A stretch of 64,000 bases of DNA from an uncultured Acidimicrobiia bacterium (GCA_963836205.1 CAWIIV010000014.1:96001-160000); one strand, 5' to 3'; shown: positions 1 to 10,790, counted from the stretch's first letter. Made by a program: numbers and translations. The notes: generated from the letters alone by a model not told the origin.

Positions 1-1327
1 GATGATGAAGACGGTCCTCGACGAGCGCAGCGAGGGCGGGGGCGACGACGTCCGCCACGTGTGGGACGCGTTCTCCGGCGGGTTCCGCTACGTGGCCGGC
101 GACTACGGCTCGCCCGACACCTTCGCCCGGCTCAAGGAGGTGCTGGAGGAGCTCGACCGCGAGCGGGGCACGGCCGGCAGCCGCCTCTACTACCTGGCCA
201 CCCCGCCCGACACGTTCCCGACGGTGGTCGAGGGCCTCGGCGCCCAGGGCCTCAACAAGGCCCCGTCCGACCAGGGGTTCGTGCGCATCGTCATCGAGAA
301 GCCCTACGGGCGGGACGGGCGGTCGGCAGCCAGGCTCGACGAGATCGTCCACCGGTCCTTCGACGAGTCGCAGGTCTACCGGATCGACCACTACCTGGGG
401 AAGGAGACGGTCCAGAACGTCCTCGCCCTGCGCTTCGCCAACGCCATCTTCGAGCCCCTGTGGAACCGGCGCTACGTCAACCACGTGCAGATCACGGTGG
501 CCGAGTCCCTCGGGGTGGGCCACCGGGGCAGCTTCTACGAGCGGGCGGGCGCCCTGCGCGACATCGTCCAGAACCACGTGATGCAGGTGCTGGCCCTCAC
601 CCTGATGGAGCCGCCGGCCACGTTCGACGCCGACGGGATCCGCGACGAGAAGGTGAAGGCGCTCAAGGCGGTCGACATCCTCACCCCGGAGGAGGTGCCC
701 TTCGAGGTCGTGCGGGGCCAGTACCGCAAGGGCTGGGTGGAAGGCCAGGAGGTGAAGAGCTACCGGGAGGAGGAGGGGGTCGACCCCCACAGCACCACCG
801 AGACCTACATCGCCATGCGCCTGCGGGTCGACAACTGGCGATGGGCGGGGGTGCCGATCTACGTCCGCACCGGCAAGTACCTGCCCAAGCGGGTCACCGA
901 GGTGGCCATGGAGTTCAACCGGGTGCCCCACCTGCCCTTCGCCGCCAACCAGGCCGAGGGCCTCGACCCCGACGCCCTGGTGCTGCGGGTGCAGCCCGAC
1001 GAGGGCATCACCCTGCGCTTCGGGGCCAAGGTGCCGGGCCAGGCGTTCCGGGTGCGGTCGGTGTCGATGGACTTCTTCTACGGGGCCGCCTTCCTGGAGG
1101 AGACGCCCGAGGCCTACGAGCGGCTGCTGCTCGACGCCCTCCTCGGCGACCAGACCCTGTTCATCCGCTCCGACGAGGTGGCCCAGGCCTGGCGTATCGT
1201 CGACCCGGTGCTTGAGGCGTTCGAGGAAGGTCACGTGCCGCTGGCCCGCTACGAGGCCGGTAGCTGGGGCCCGGAGGAGGCCGACGAGCTCCTTCGCCGC
1301 GACGGCCGCGGCTGGCGACGGCCGTGA
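1..1327 (+). CDS. zwf: Glucose-6-phosphate 1-dehydrogenase (5' part outside window)
   Basis: RIDHYLGKE catalytic motif, EKPYG, RDIVQNH, RWAGVPIYVRTGK; N-terminal Rossmann GATGDL is absent, so the gene starts upstream. Confidence 0.97.
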   Translation, partial: MMKTVLDERSEGGGDDVRHVWDAFSGGFRYVAGDYGSPDTFARLKEVLEELDRERGTAGSRLYYLATPPDTFPTVVEGLGAQGLNKAPSDQGFVRIVIEKPYGRDGRSAARLDEIVHRSFDESQVYRIDHYLGKETVQNVLALRFANAIFEPLWNRRYVNHVQITVAESLGVGHRGSFYERAGALRDIVQNHVMQVLALTLMEPPATFDADGIRDEKVKALKAVDILTPEEVPFEVVRGQYRKGWVEGQEVKSYREEEGVDPHSTTETYIAMRLRVDNWRWAGVPIYVRTGKYLPKRVTEVAMEFNRVPHLPFAANQAEGLDPDALVLRVQPDEGITLRFGAKVPGQAFRVRSVSMDFFYGAAFLEETPEAYERLLLDALLGDQTLFIRSDEVAQAWRIVDPVLEAFEEGHVPLARYEAGSWGPEEADELLRRDGRGWRRP

Positions 1328-2346
1328 GCCAGGCGTCGTCGACCACCATCGGGACCTGGGAGGCCGACGACGTCTCCATCGGCGACGTCGAGCGGGCCCT
1401 GTCGGGGTTGCGGCGCCACGAGCAACGGGCGGCGGTTCGGGCCAGCGTGCTCACCCTGGTGGCCGTCACCCAGAGCCAGGCCGAGGCCGACCTGGTACGG
1501 GGCACCATCCACGACCTGGGGATCAGGCACCCGTCCCGCACCCTGGTGGTGGTGCTGCAGAAGGGCGACCCCGGCCAGCCCGCGGGCGACGGCGGCACGG
1601 GCGTCGACGCCGCCCTGTGGGTCCACGCCCTCGAGCACGACGGCCGGGCGGTGTGTTTCGAGGAGGTCCGCCTGCTGGTGCGGGGCCCGGCCCGGTACCA
1701 CCTCGACTCCATCGTGGGCCCGTTCGCCCTGCCCGACGTCCCCCTGGTGGTGTGGCTGCCGGCCAGCCTGCCCGCCCCCGGCGATCCCCTCCTCGACGTG
1801 GCCGACCGCCTGGTGGTCGACAGCCGGGCCGCCGACGAGGGCGGCGGCGACGTGCTGGCCCGGGCCGCGGTCCTGGCCCGGCGCCTGCCCGTCACCGACC
1901 TGTCGTGGATCCGCCTGGCGCCGTGGCGCAGCCTGCTGGCGGGCTTGTTCGAGGGCTCCGTCAACCGGCCCTTCCTCGACGGCGTCGACCGGGTGCAGGT
2001 GGGGGGCAACGCCGGCCCCCGCCAGCTACTCGGGGGATGGCTCCTCCGCCGCCTCGGCCTCACCCCGGCCCGGGTCGAGCTGAAGCCGGCGCCCCACGTG
2101 TCGGTGTGCGTCGACGCCACCGATCACCAGGGCCGGCGGGCCACCTTCTGCGTCGCCCGCGCCGGCGCCGAACGGGTGCTCACGGCCACCGTCCGGATCG
2201 AGGACGGTCCCCACCTGGAGCAGGTGCTCACCATGCAGGAGCGGTGGCCGGCCCTCGCCCTCGCCGGTGCCCTCACCAACGTCGGCCACGACGAGCCCTA
2301 CGAGGAGGCCCTGGCCGGAGCCCGCGAGCTCCGGGGCGCGGCGTGA
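1324..2346 (+). CDS. opcA: G6PDH assembly protein OpcA
   Basis: GTGA overlap with zwf; HPSR, LPDVPLVVWLP, DRLVVDS and DLSWIRLAPWR motifs. Confidence 0.9.
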   Translation: MSQASSTTIGTWEADDVSIGDVERALSGLRRHEQRAAVRASVLTLVAVTQSQAEADLVRGTIHDLGIRHPSRTLVVVLQKGDPGQPAGDGGTGVDAALWVHALEHDGRAVCFEEVRLLVRGPARYHLDSIVGPFALPDVPLVVWLPASLPAPGDPLLDVADRLVVDSRAADEGGGDVLARAAVLARRLPVTDLSWIRLAPWRSLLAGLFEGSVNRPFLDGVDRVQVGGNAGPRQLLGGWLLRRLGLTPARVELKPAPHVSVCVDATDHQGRRATFCVARAGAERVLTATVRIEDGPHLEQVLTMQERWPALALAGALTNVGHDEPYEEALAGARELRGAA

Positions 2347-2383
2347 GCGTGAACGGGCCGCATGCCATGAACGGTGAGTTGCC

Positions 2384-3058
2384 ATGAACGGCGAGCTGAT
2401 CATCGTCGACGACGTCGCCACCGAGTTCGCCGAGCGGGTGGTGGAGGCGTTCCACACCCGGCCCGGGGAGAGCTTCGCCCTCACCGTCTCGGGAGGTGCC
2501 ACCGCCCGCCGCTGCTACGAGAAGCTGGCCGCCGACGGTGCCGACCAGATCGATTGGTGGCAGGTCGACGTCTACTGGGGCGACGAGCGCTGCGTCCCGC
2601 CCGGCCACTCCGACTCCAACGAGCGGCTGGTGCGGGAGGCCCTGCTCGAACGGGTGGGGGCGGCCAACGCCGTCTACCCCATGCGCTGCGACGAAGGGCC
2701 CGACGCCTACCAGCAGCGGGTGGTCAGCGCCGGCCGGTTCGACGTGGTCCATCTCGGGCTCGGGCCCGACTGCCACACCGCGTCGCTCTTCCCCGACTCC
2801 CCCGCCCTCGACGCCGACCCCGGCCGCCTGGTGGCGCTGAACGAAGACCCCCACGGTCGCAACCCCCACGCCCGCATGACCCTCACTTACTCGGGCATCG
2901 CCCGGGCCCGGCTGGTGATCTTCACGGTGGCCGGGGAGGCCAAGCGGGAGGCGTTCGCCCGGGTGCGGGCGGGCGACCTGGCCTGCCCCGCGACCCGGGT
3001 GCGGGCCGAGCGCATCGTGTGGCTCGTCGATCCCGCGGCCGCAGGCGAGGAGGCCTGA
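2384..3058 (+). CDS. pgl: 6-phosphogluconolactonase
   Basis: SGG, WGDERCVPPGHSDSN, LGLGPDCHTASLFP, RMTLT; located after zwf-opcA. Confidence 0.95.
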   Translation: MNGELIIVDDVATEFAERVVEAFHTRPGESFALTVSGGATARRCYEKLAADGADQIDWWQVDVYWGDERCVPPGHSDSNERLVREALLERVGAANAVYPMRCDEGPDAYQQRVVSAGRFDVVHLGLGPDCHTASLFPDSPALDADPGRLVALNEDPHGRNPHARMTLTYSGIARARLVIFTVAGEAKREAFARVRAGDLACPATRVRAERIVWLVDPAAAGEEA

Positions 3059-3079
3059 CCGGAGCCGCAGCCCCGCCCG

Positions 3080-3877
3080 TCAGGCGACCTTCACCTCCTG
3101 CTTCATACCGAGGGTGTAGTGGGGCTCGGCGGTGGTGGGGTCGTCGTCGTCGGTGGTCCCCTTGCCGTAGTTGCAGATGAAGAGGTAGTCGCCGACGGGA
3201 AGGGCGGTCACCATGTAAGCCGTCTGGCCGGGATCGGTGCTCACCGCGTTGGCAAACGCGACCTTGGTCTCGGCCTGGTCGTCGGGCAGTTCGAGGATCT
3301 GGTCGAACGACTCGGTGACCCCCGGGTTCTTGCTGAACACCAGCATCTCGTGGGCCTCGTCGGAGGTGTTCTCCATCTCGATGCGGACCGTGCCCGCGGG
3401 AAGGGTCGCCGGGAGCCCCTCGTAGGCGTAGTTGACGGCATCCACCGTCGCCTTGGCGCCGGTGCAGTTCTCGTGCATGTAGGCGTCGACGGTGCCGATG
3501 AGGTCGGAGTAGTCGCTGCTGAGGAGGACGGACCGGTCGGCGGTGGCCCGGAACTCCCGGGACTTGGTGGCGACCTCGCCGACCTCGTCCCTGACCTCGT
3601 CGGGCGCGCTACCGACGAGGGTGGCCAGAGGGCCGGCCACGTTGGCGTCGTAGGCGGCCTGGACCTGGCCGACGAGCTCGGCGGGCGGCGGGGCCCCGTC
3701 GGGCGGCTCGGGCGTGCTCGTGAGGACCTTCGTGTACCCGACGCTCATGGCCCCGTGGGCCTCGCAGGCGTCGGCGATGTCGGCGCTCTCGGCGTCGTCG
3801 CCGCAGGCGGTGAGGCCGGCGATGAGGGCGATGCTCAGGACGGCGGCCACGTTCCACGGACGGCTTCGGACGATCAT
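3080..3877 (-). CDS. Lipoprotein with C-terminal cupredoxin (type-1 Cu) domain
   Basis: GGAGG RBS before ATG 3877; lipobox LTAC; HE...YLFIC...PHYTLGM gives His/Cys/His/Met ligand spacing. Confidence 0.7.
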   Translation of the reverse strand: MIVRSRPWNVAAVLSIALIAGLTACGDDAESADIADACEAHGAMSVGYTKVLTSTPEPPDGAPPPAELVGQVQAAYDANVAGPLATLVGSAPDEVRDEVGEVATKSREFRATADRSVLLSSDYSDLIGTVDAYMHENCTGAKATVDAVNYAYEGLPATLPAGTVRIEMENTSDEAHEMLVFSKNPGVTESFDQILELPDDQAETKVAFANAVSTDPGQTAYMVTALPVGDYLFICNYGKGTTDDDDPTTAEPHYTLGMKQEVKVA

Positions 3878-3941
3878 GCGGCTTCCTCCCCGGGCTCCCT
3901 GCACGTGGTGGCGAACCTACCCATCGGGGTACGGACCACTC

Positions 3942-4136
3942 ATGACCAGAATCCTGTTGATCGTCGCCGTGGCCTGCTTCGCCATCGCCACCCTGTCCGC
4001 CTTCACCGACGCCATCGCCGTCAACGAGCTCGGCTTCATCGCCCTCGGGCTCACCGCCTACGCGGCTGTGCCCCTCGTCGCCGACTACGAGGCGTTCGGG
4101 TCGGGCGCAACACGGAGGCGGCGCGTTCTGCGGTAG
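3942..4136 (+). CDS. Small two-TM membrane protein
   Basis: MTRILLIVAVACFAIA...GFIALGLTAYAA hydrophobic segments; GC3-rich codons. Confidence 0.55.
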   Translation: MTRILLIVAVACFAIATLSAFTDAIAVNELGFIALGLTAYAAVPLVADYEAFGSGATRRRRVLR

Positions 4137-4156
4137 CCGGGGGTATCGTCCGAGTC

Positions 4157-4549
4157 TTGGACGACACCACCAACCGCCAGGTCCTGCAGGCGCTCTATGA
4201 CGCCCTCGGTGCCGGCGATTTCGGGACCGTGCTCGGCCTCCTGTCCGACGACGTGATCGGCCACGTGCCCGGCAACAGCCCGGTGGCGGGCGACTACGTG
4301 GGCAAGGGGGCGGTGGCCGGCTACGTGGGCCAGCTGGCGGAGCGGTCGGGCGGCACCATCCGCTTCGAGCCGCGAACCGTCCTGGTCGCGGGCGACCGCG
4401 GCGTGGGCCTGCTCCGTGACCTGGCCGAGCGCGACGGCAAGACCCTGGCCATGGACAACGTCCACGTCTGGCGCATGGGCGACGGCACCCTCGACGAGAT
4501 CTGGATCTACCCCGGCGACCAGTACGCCTGGGACGACTTCTGGTCGTAG
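4157..4549 (+). CDS. SnoaL/NTF2-like family protein
   Basis: LYDALGAGD...LLSDDVIGHVPGNSPVAGDYVGK pattern; TTG start 7 nt after TATCGT (-10-like). Confidence 0.8.
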   Translation: MDDTTNRQVLQALYDALGAGDFGTVLGLLSDDVIGHVPGNSPVAGDYVGKGAVAGYVGQLAERSGGTIRFEPRTVLVAGDRGVGLLRDLAERDGKTLAMDNVHVWRMGDGTLDEIWIYPGDQYAWDDFWS

Positions 4550-4568
4550 GTCGTGCTCGCCACGATCG

Positions 4569-6158
4569 CTACGACAGACTCCCCGGAGACAGGGCGAGCA
4601 CCCGCAACCGGGGCTGGGCGTCGATCGGCACCGCGAGGGATGCGATCGCACCGGGGCCGGCGTCGACGGCGGACACCGACCAGGAGGCGTGGGGGTCGGG
4701 CCCGGAGACGACCCATCGGCCCGGTCCGGCGGGGCGGGCCTCCACCAGGGCCGGGTCGAGGGAGAGCCCGGTGCCGAGAGCCTTGAGGAACGCCTCCTTC
4801 ACCGTCCACAGCCGCAGGAAGGCGGCGTCCCGCTCTCCTTCCGGAACGGCGGCCAGCCCGGCCTGCTCCTGCTGAGTGAGCACCATCGCCGCCATCAGGT
4901 GGCGGTTGCCGACCGGGCGCAGGCGCTCGATGTCGACCCCGACATCGTGGTCGCGGGCGACGGCCACGGTGGCCAACCCGTCAGACGAGCTGGCGCTGAA
5001 CCGCAGGCGGCCGTCGGCGAGAGCCTCCGGCTTGCCGTTGGGGCCGGTTGGTATGGCTCCGACGCCGGGATCGGCGCCGTAGGCGGCCAGGAGACGCCGG
5101 AGCAGCCACCGCCGCCGGACGAAGCGGGACGCGTGGCGGGCGAACCGAAAGGTGTCGGCCCGGGCGACCTCGTCGGGAGAGAGGTACCGGCGCAGCCCGG
5201 GATCGGAGAGCGCCAACTCGTCGGTCCGGGCATGCCACACATGGACCTCGCCCGCCTCCAGGGCGGGCACGGACACTCGGGCGGTACCCACGGCCCCGGT
5301 GGCCAGGTCGGCGGCGATGGACGAGACGAGCCGGGCCCGAGCGGAGTGCAGGAAGAAGTGGTCACCGGGAAGGACCCGGACGGCGAACGGGCCCGCAGTC
5401 AGATCCCCCCAGGCGAAGAGGTCGTCGACCGGTGTCTCGGGGTCGCGATCGCCGGCGAAGACCGTCAAGGGGCAGGGAAGGGGCGGGCCTTCCCGGAGGA
5501 GGTACTGGTCGACGTAGCCGAGGTCGGCCCGGAGGACTCGCAGGGCCAGACCCCGCATGTCGGGGTCGTCGAAGATCTCCGGCGGCGTGCCTCCCAGCTC
5601 GGTCACCCGGGCGATGAGCTCGGCGTCGGGCAGGACGGAGGCGGGGTCCTTCAGGCGGGGGAGCTGGGGAGCGTGGGCACCGGAGACGAAGAGCCACACC
5701 GGGTTGGGCGCGCCGCTGGCGACCAGCTCCCGGCACAGCTCGAAGCCGAGCCGGGCCCCGAAGCTGTGACCGAAGACGGCGTAGGGACGGGCGGTGTGCG
5801 GCCGGATGGCGGCAACCAGGTCGTCGATATCGACCACCGGCGACTCGCGGATCCTGCCCTCGCGCCCGGGGAGCTGCACCGGCAACACGTCCACCTGGGG
5901 CAGAACATCGGCCCACCCCCTGAAAGCCGACGCCCCCGCCCCCGCGTACGGCAGGCAGAACAGCCGCACCGCCGCGCTGGACCGCGCCCGGGAGGCCGGC
6001 AACCACGCCGAAGCCCCCGGCACCGCGGGCGGCGGCGGTCCGGCGGAGGGCGGCGGTCCGGCGGTTGGCGGCGGTCCGGCGGAGGGCGGCGGTCCGGCGG
6101 AGGGCGGCGTCCCGGCGGAGGGCGGCGGTCCGGCGGAGGGCGGCGGCGGCGCGCTCAC
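4569..6158 (-). CDS. Type II thioesterase fused to Sfp-type 4'-phosphopantetheinyl transferase, with N-terminal PPSAG repeats
   Basis: TE motifs LFCLPYAGAGAS, FGHSFG, PGDHFFL; PPTase motifs GKP, VGVDIE, FLRLWTVKEAFLKALGTGL. Confidence 0.88.
   Translation of the reverse strand: MSAPPPPSAGPPPSAGTPPSAGPPPSAGPPPTAGPPPSAGPPPPAVPGASAWLPASRARSSAAVRLFCLPYAGAGASAFRGWADVLPQVDVLPVQLPGREGRIRESPVVDIDDLVAAIRPHTARPYAVFGHSFGARLGFELCRELVASGAPNPVWLFVSGAHAPQLPRLKDPASVLPDAELIARVTELGGTPPEIFDDPDMRGLALRVLRADLGYVDQYLLREGPPLPCPLTVFAGDRDPETPVDDLFAWGDLTAGPFAVRVLPGDHFFLHSARARLVSSIAADLATGAVGTARVSVPALEAGEVHVWHARTDELALSDPGLRRYLSPDEVARADTFRFARHASRFVRRRWLLRRLLAAYGADPGVGAIPTGPNGKPEALADGRLRFSASSSDGLATVAVARDHDVGVDIERLRPVGNRHLMAAMVLTQQEQAGLAAVPEGERDAAFLRLWTVKEAFLKALGTGLSLDPALVEARPAGPGRWVVSGPDPHASWSVSAVDAGPGAIASLAVPIDAQPRLRVLALSPGSLS
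6025..6150. repeat. About 7 copies of an 18-bp tandem repeat (ggcggtccggcggagggc) encoding PPSAGP
   Basis: Directly visible tandem repeat. Confidence 0.9.
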
Positions 6159-6427
6159 GGCTTGGGGGCGGCGAGCGCGGTGCGGTCGATCTTGCCGATG
6201 CCGGTGAGGGGCACGCCCAGGATGGCGACGGGAATCGCCAGCCCCCGGGCCAGGCGGATGGCGACGAAGGAGCCCGGATCCACCCCCGCCCGCTCCAGCT
6301 CGCTCGCCACCCGGTCACTGAGGGCGTCCAGCTCGCGGTAGCTGAGCCGGTCGGTCGCGCCGCGAACTGCCAAGGCCTCCGGCTGCCGCGCCGCCGTCGC
6401 CCGGAAGCGCCCATGCAGTGTGTCCAA
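6155..6427 (-). pseudogene. Internally deleted NRPS-type adenylation domain (90 aa)
   Basis: N-terminal A1 motif LSYRELD and VAILGV joined directly to the C-terminal A10 motif PLTGIGKIDRTAL; about 400 aa core missing. Confidence 0.8.
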
Positions 6428-6523
6428 GCGCCTAGCTCCTCCCCACCCGAGAGTCCGCCCGGGAGGTTATCCCGCAAGCCCACCGGCGCTTCTTCGTCAG
6501 CCTCGTCTCGTAGGGTGGAGGCC

Positions 6524-8792
6524 ATGACGGCCGCCGAGCTTCTCGCCGCGTCCGTCGGCGACCTCGTGGCCGCGGCATCGGTCCGGCGGGACGCGGCCAC
6601 CGGCACCCGCATCACGTTCTCGCCCAAGGTGTTCATCCCCCTCACCCACCTGTGTCGCGACCGGTGCGGCTACTGCACGTTCGCCCAGCCGCCGGCCCGG
6701 GTGGCGGCGCCGTTCATGACGGCCGACGAGGTGCTGGCCGTGGCCCGGGCGGGAGCCGTCGCCGGCTGCCACGAGGCCCTCTTCACCCTGGGCGAGGCGC
6801 CCGAGGACCGGTACCCGGTAGCCCGGCAGTGGCTCGCCGCCGCCGGCTACGGGTCGACGGTCGACTACCTGGCCGCCATGTGCGGACTGGTCCTGTCCGA
6901 GACGGGGCTGCTCCCCCACGCCAACGCGGGCGCGTTGTCGGCCGCCAACCTGGCCCGGCTGCGGACGGTGTCGGCGTCGCAGGGGATGATGATCGAGACG
7001 CTCAATGCCGGCCTCGACTGCCACCGGGGGGCACCCGACAAGAGCCCCGCCCGCCGGCTGGCCACGCTGGAGGCGGCGGGCGAGCTGGGCATTCCGTTCA
7101 CCACCGGTGTTTTGGTGGGCATCGGTGAGTCCCGAGCCGACCGGCTGGAGGCGCTGGAGGCCATCGCCGCGAACCACCGCCGCCACGGCCACGTGCAGGA
7201 GGTGATCGTCCAGAACTTCCTGCCCAAGGCGGGGACGGCCATGTGGTCGGCCGCCCCCTGCCCGCCGGAGGAGCTGGTGTGGACGGTGGCCGCCGCCCGC
7301 CTCCTGCTCCCGGCCGAGATCCATCTGCAGGCCCCGCCCAACCTGTCCGACGACCTCGCTCCCCTGCTGGCCGCCGGCATCGACGACTGGGGCGGCGTGT
7401 CGCCGGTGACGCCCGACCACGTCAATCCGGAGCGGCCGTGGCCCGCCCTCGACGTCCTCCGGGCGGCCACCGAGGCCGCCGGCTACGAGCTCGCCCCCCG
7501 CCTCACCATCTATCCCGAGTTCGCCCTGGCCGCCGAGCGGTGGCTCGACCCCGCGGTGCGCCCGGCGGTGCTGGCCGCGTCCGACGCCCACGGCCTGGGC
7601 CGCGACCTCGACCGGTGGTATGCGGGCTGCGAGTCGGTGCCGCCCCGGTTGCTGCCGGCGTTCCCGTCGGCCGGTGGACGGGTGGCCGAGGTGCTGGCCG
7701 GCGTGGTGGCCGGCCAGGAGGTGGGCGAGGACGAGATCGTCATCCTCTTCGGCGCCCGGGGCCGGGAGGTGGTGGCGGTGGCGGAGGTGGCCGACGACCT
7801 CCGCCGCCAGATTGTGGGCGACGAGGTCACCTGGGTGGCCAACCGCAACATCAACTACACCAACGTGTGCACGTTCAAGTGCCGGTTCTGCGCCTTCTCC
7901 AAGGGACCGCTGTCGCTCAACCTGCGGGGCGACCCCTACCTGCTGGGGGTCGAGGAGATCCAACGCCGGGTGGTGGAGGCGGTCGACCTCGGTGCTACCG
8001 AGGTATGCCTGCAAGGAGGCATCCACCCGAGCTTCGACGGCGACTACTACATCGACGTCTGCCGGGCGGTGAAGGAGGCTGCCCCCGGCATCCACGTCCA
8101 CGGCTTCACCGCCCTGGAGGTCACCGAGGGCGCCCGCCGTCTGGGCGAGCCGTTGGTCGACTACCTGCGGCGGCTGAAGGACGCCGGCCTGGCCACCCTC
8201 CCCGGCACCGCGGCCGAGATCCTCGACGACGAGGTCCGCCGGGTGCTGTGTCCCGACAAGATCACCACCGACGAGTGGCTGGAGGCCCACCGGGCGGCCC
8301 ACTCCATCGGCCTGCGCTCGAACATCACCATCATGTTCGGGGCCATCGAGCAGCCGGTCTCGTGGGCCCGCCACCTGCTGCGCACCCGCGACCTGCAGAA
8401 GGAGACGGGCGGGTTCACCGAGTTCGTCCCCCTGCCCTTCGTCCACATGGCCACACCGATGTTCCTCCAAGGCAAGTCGAGGCGGGGCCCGACGTTCCGG
8501 GAGGCGCTCCTCATGCACGCGGTGGCCCGCATCGCGTATCGGCGAACTGGTCCCCAACGTGCAGGTGTCGTGGGTGAAAATGGGCGCGGTCGGGTCGAGG
8601 CAGGCCTTGCTCGCCGGCGCCAACGACCTCGGTGGCACCCTCATGGACGAGAACATCTCGAGGGCCGCCGGTGCCAGCCACGGCCAACGCATGGCCGAGG
8701 ACGACTTCCAGGCGATCGTCGAGCCGTTAGGCCGGCCCTTGCGCCAACGGACGACCTTGTACGGCCGGGTCGAGCGGGCCGGGGCCGCATAA
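6524..8792 (+). CDS. fbiC: Bifunctional FO synthase (CofG-CofH), frameshift near 8543 (probably an assembly indel)
   Basis: Two radical-SAM motifs, CRDRCGYC and CTFKCRFC; DDWGGVSPVTPDHVNPE; C-terminus QVSWVKMG...GANDLGGTLMDENISRAAG continues in another frame. Confidence 0.93.
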
Positions 8793-9153
8793 CTGCCGCT
8801 CAGCCTGAGGTACCGAGCACACGTTCCGTTTCCCAACGAAGCGATCTCGGTGGGCGACCACGGACGCTGCGGCGCAGGAGTGCGCCGATTCGGCCCACCT
8901 CCCCTGGAAGCGTCACTCGTCTGGGCTGCCGTCGTGGTCGTCCTGGGTTGCTACGACAGCCGCTGCGCGAAGTACGGCGGCCTCGGCCGCGGACCATCGT
9001 CGTCGCCGGGCCCCGGCGGCGCAGGAGGCTCTGGCGGGCCCCGGCGCTCGAAGCGCCCAGCCGCGATGGTCAGGACCTGGTCGCCGGCCAGCACCGCCTC
9101 GCGCAGGATCTCGTAGTCGCACTGGGCCGCTTCCGCCGCCGGCCAGAACGACC

Positions 9154-9585
9154 TCACCGCCGCCGGGCCCGCTCGACGGTGCGCCGGTGCATCGAAACCC
9201 CGAACTGCGACGCCACCTCCTCGGCCAGCTCCGCCCCCGAGCGTGCGGGGTCGGCACCGGTGATGAACTCCAGCACCTCGGGACGCAGCTTCAGCGGCCC
9301 TCGCCGGCCCCGGCGCTCGTCCAACAGCCCGGTCATGCCGGCGTCGGCGAAGGCGGCCGCGACAAGGTAGAACGACGCCCGGGAGTAACCGTGGGTGGCG
9401 GCCGCCGAGGTCACGGTCAGCCCGTCGACGACGTGGGCCCGCAGCATCTCGTACTTCACCTGGACCTTGTCCTCGGCCAGGAAGAACAGGATTCGGCCGT
9501 CGAAGAGGGCGGCGGTCACAGCCTCGGGGGTGGGATGGACGAGCCCCTTCGCCTCCAGCGCCGCCCTCCGTGCCGCTGCGGTCAT
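9154..9585 (-). mobile_element. Mobile-element HTH protein, followed by a truncated small ORF (about 9040-9157)
   Basis: DKVQVKYEMLR...GYSRASFY...GLLDERRGRRGPLKL resembles HTH genes that lead transposase/serine-recombinase modules (recognition from memory); no catalytic partner follows. Confidence 0.65.
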
Positions 9586-10116
9586 CGTCGCCCACCTCCC
9601 GCGGCGAGCGTAGCGAGCATCGCACTACATGTCTAGTATTTACAGCCGCAACGGGCTGTCCATCCGTCGTCTGAAGCACACGAGAGCCGGGCATCACCGG
9701 TCTTGCCTGCGATGCATGGTCCCAAGAAGCCGAACGGCGACCATCATAGCTAAAACAGGGCGGTCTTCAATGCTCGACACTTCTGCACTCACGGGCGGTC
9801 GACACAGCCCGCGTCGGTGCCACTCAGGACGGCTGTAGATGCCGGCTGCGGTGGCGCTCAGCGCAGCGACGTGCTGAAGACGAGCTTTGCGTTCCGCCCG
9901 TGGTCACCGAGGGGGAATCGTTCCGCATGCAGGTAGCCCGTTCGAAGGGAGGACGCCCGAAGCCCCCGATGACCTGAATCACGCCCGGAGGGGTGGGGAC
10001 TTCTGCTGGCCACCAGGCGGACGACGACTTGGCCATTGACAGATGTCTCTACGTATTTCGGTCGCTACTCGGGGCTCTCTGTATCCACAGGCGGGTCGTT
10101 CTGACCCCAAGGCGGA

Positions 10117-10767
10117 TTGGGGAGCTCAGTGGCGAGATCTTTGGTGCTGGATGGGATTCAGGGCCGGGTGACAACCCGGCCGGCGTCGTTGTTGCGTTGG
10201 GCTCGCACGACGATGCGAGACACGGCGGACTTTTACGTCGACCGCCAGGCTCGACGAATGCTGGTGGTCACCTCCGTCCTGCTGACCTACGGCGGCGGGG
10301 TCGTGATGTTCTGGCTCCACGCCATCTACCGCGGCGAGCAGGGGCCCGCCATCAACGACGTGTCGCACTGGTTCCTGGACTCGACCCTCGGGTTCGTCGC
10401 CCTGACCCCCGTCATCTTCTTCCTGATCGCTTCGGCAGGCCGGCTGACCCGGGCGACCGACCGGCCCGGGTACCGGCGCCTGGCCTTCTACGCGGTGCTC
10501 CTGGGGACGTCGTTCGCCCTCGTCACCGCCCCTGGGCCGGCGCTGCACAACTTCATCGCCGGCGAGGGCAAGCCGCTCGCGAACTGGGCCACCGACCTGT
10601 TCGGCCACGACGCCGCCGTGGCCGCCCGGGCGCTCACCGCAGAGCCGCGCTCCCATGTGATCGAGGGGGTCCTCCAAGTGGCCGTGGGCTTCCCGGTGTA
10701 CATCGCCATCTCCTGGCTGGCCGCTCACCTGGCCGCCGCCACCCGGATTCTCAACCACAACGGATAG
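10117..10767 (+). CDS. Four-TM membrane protein of unknown function (start uncertain)
   Basis: Four hydrophobic helices, several with adjacent His residues; ends 23 bp upstream of the haloperoxidase. Confidence 0.7.
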   Translation: MGSSVARSLVLDGIQGRVTTRPASLLRWARTTMRDTADFYVDRQARRMLVVTSVLLTYGGGVVMFWLHAIYRGEQGPAINDVSHWFLDSTLGFVALTPVIFFLIASAGRLTRATDRPGYRRLAFYAVLLGTSFALVTAPGPALHNFIAGEGKPLANWATDLFGHDAAVAARALTAEPRSHVIEGVLQVAVGFPVYIAISWLAAHLAAATRILNHNG

Positions 10768-10790
10768 CCCACAAGGGTTAGAAGGAGAAA

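Noticed and set aside
8535-8560. Programmed frameshift or genuine split of fbiC
   Set aside because: No slippery sequence; the break is late in the CofH domain, not at the CofG/CofH boundary; likely an indel error.
9745-9782. IS terminal inverted repeat (TGTCGAGCATTGAAGACCGCCC on minus strand)
   Set aside because: Only loosely IS-end-like, and I found no matching partner repeat or target duplication.
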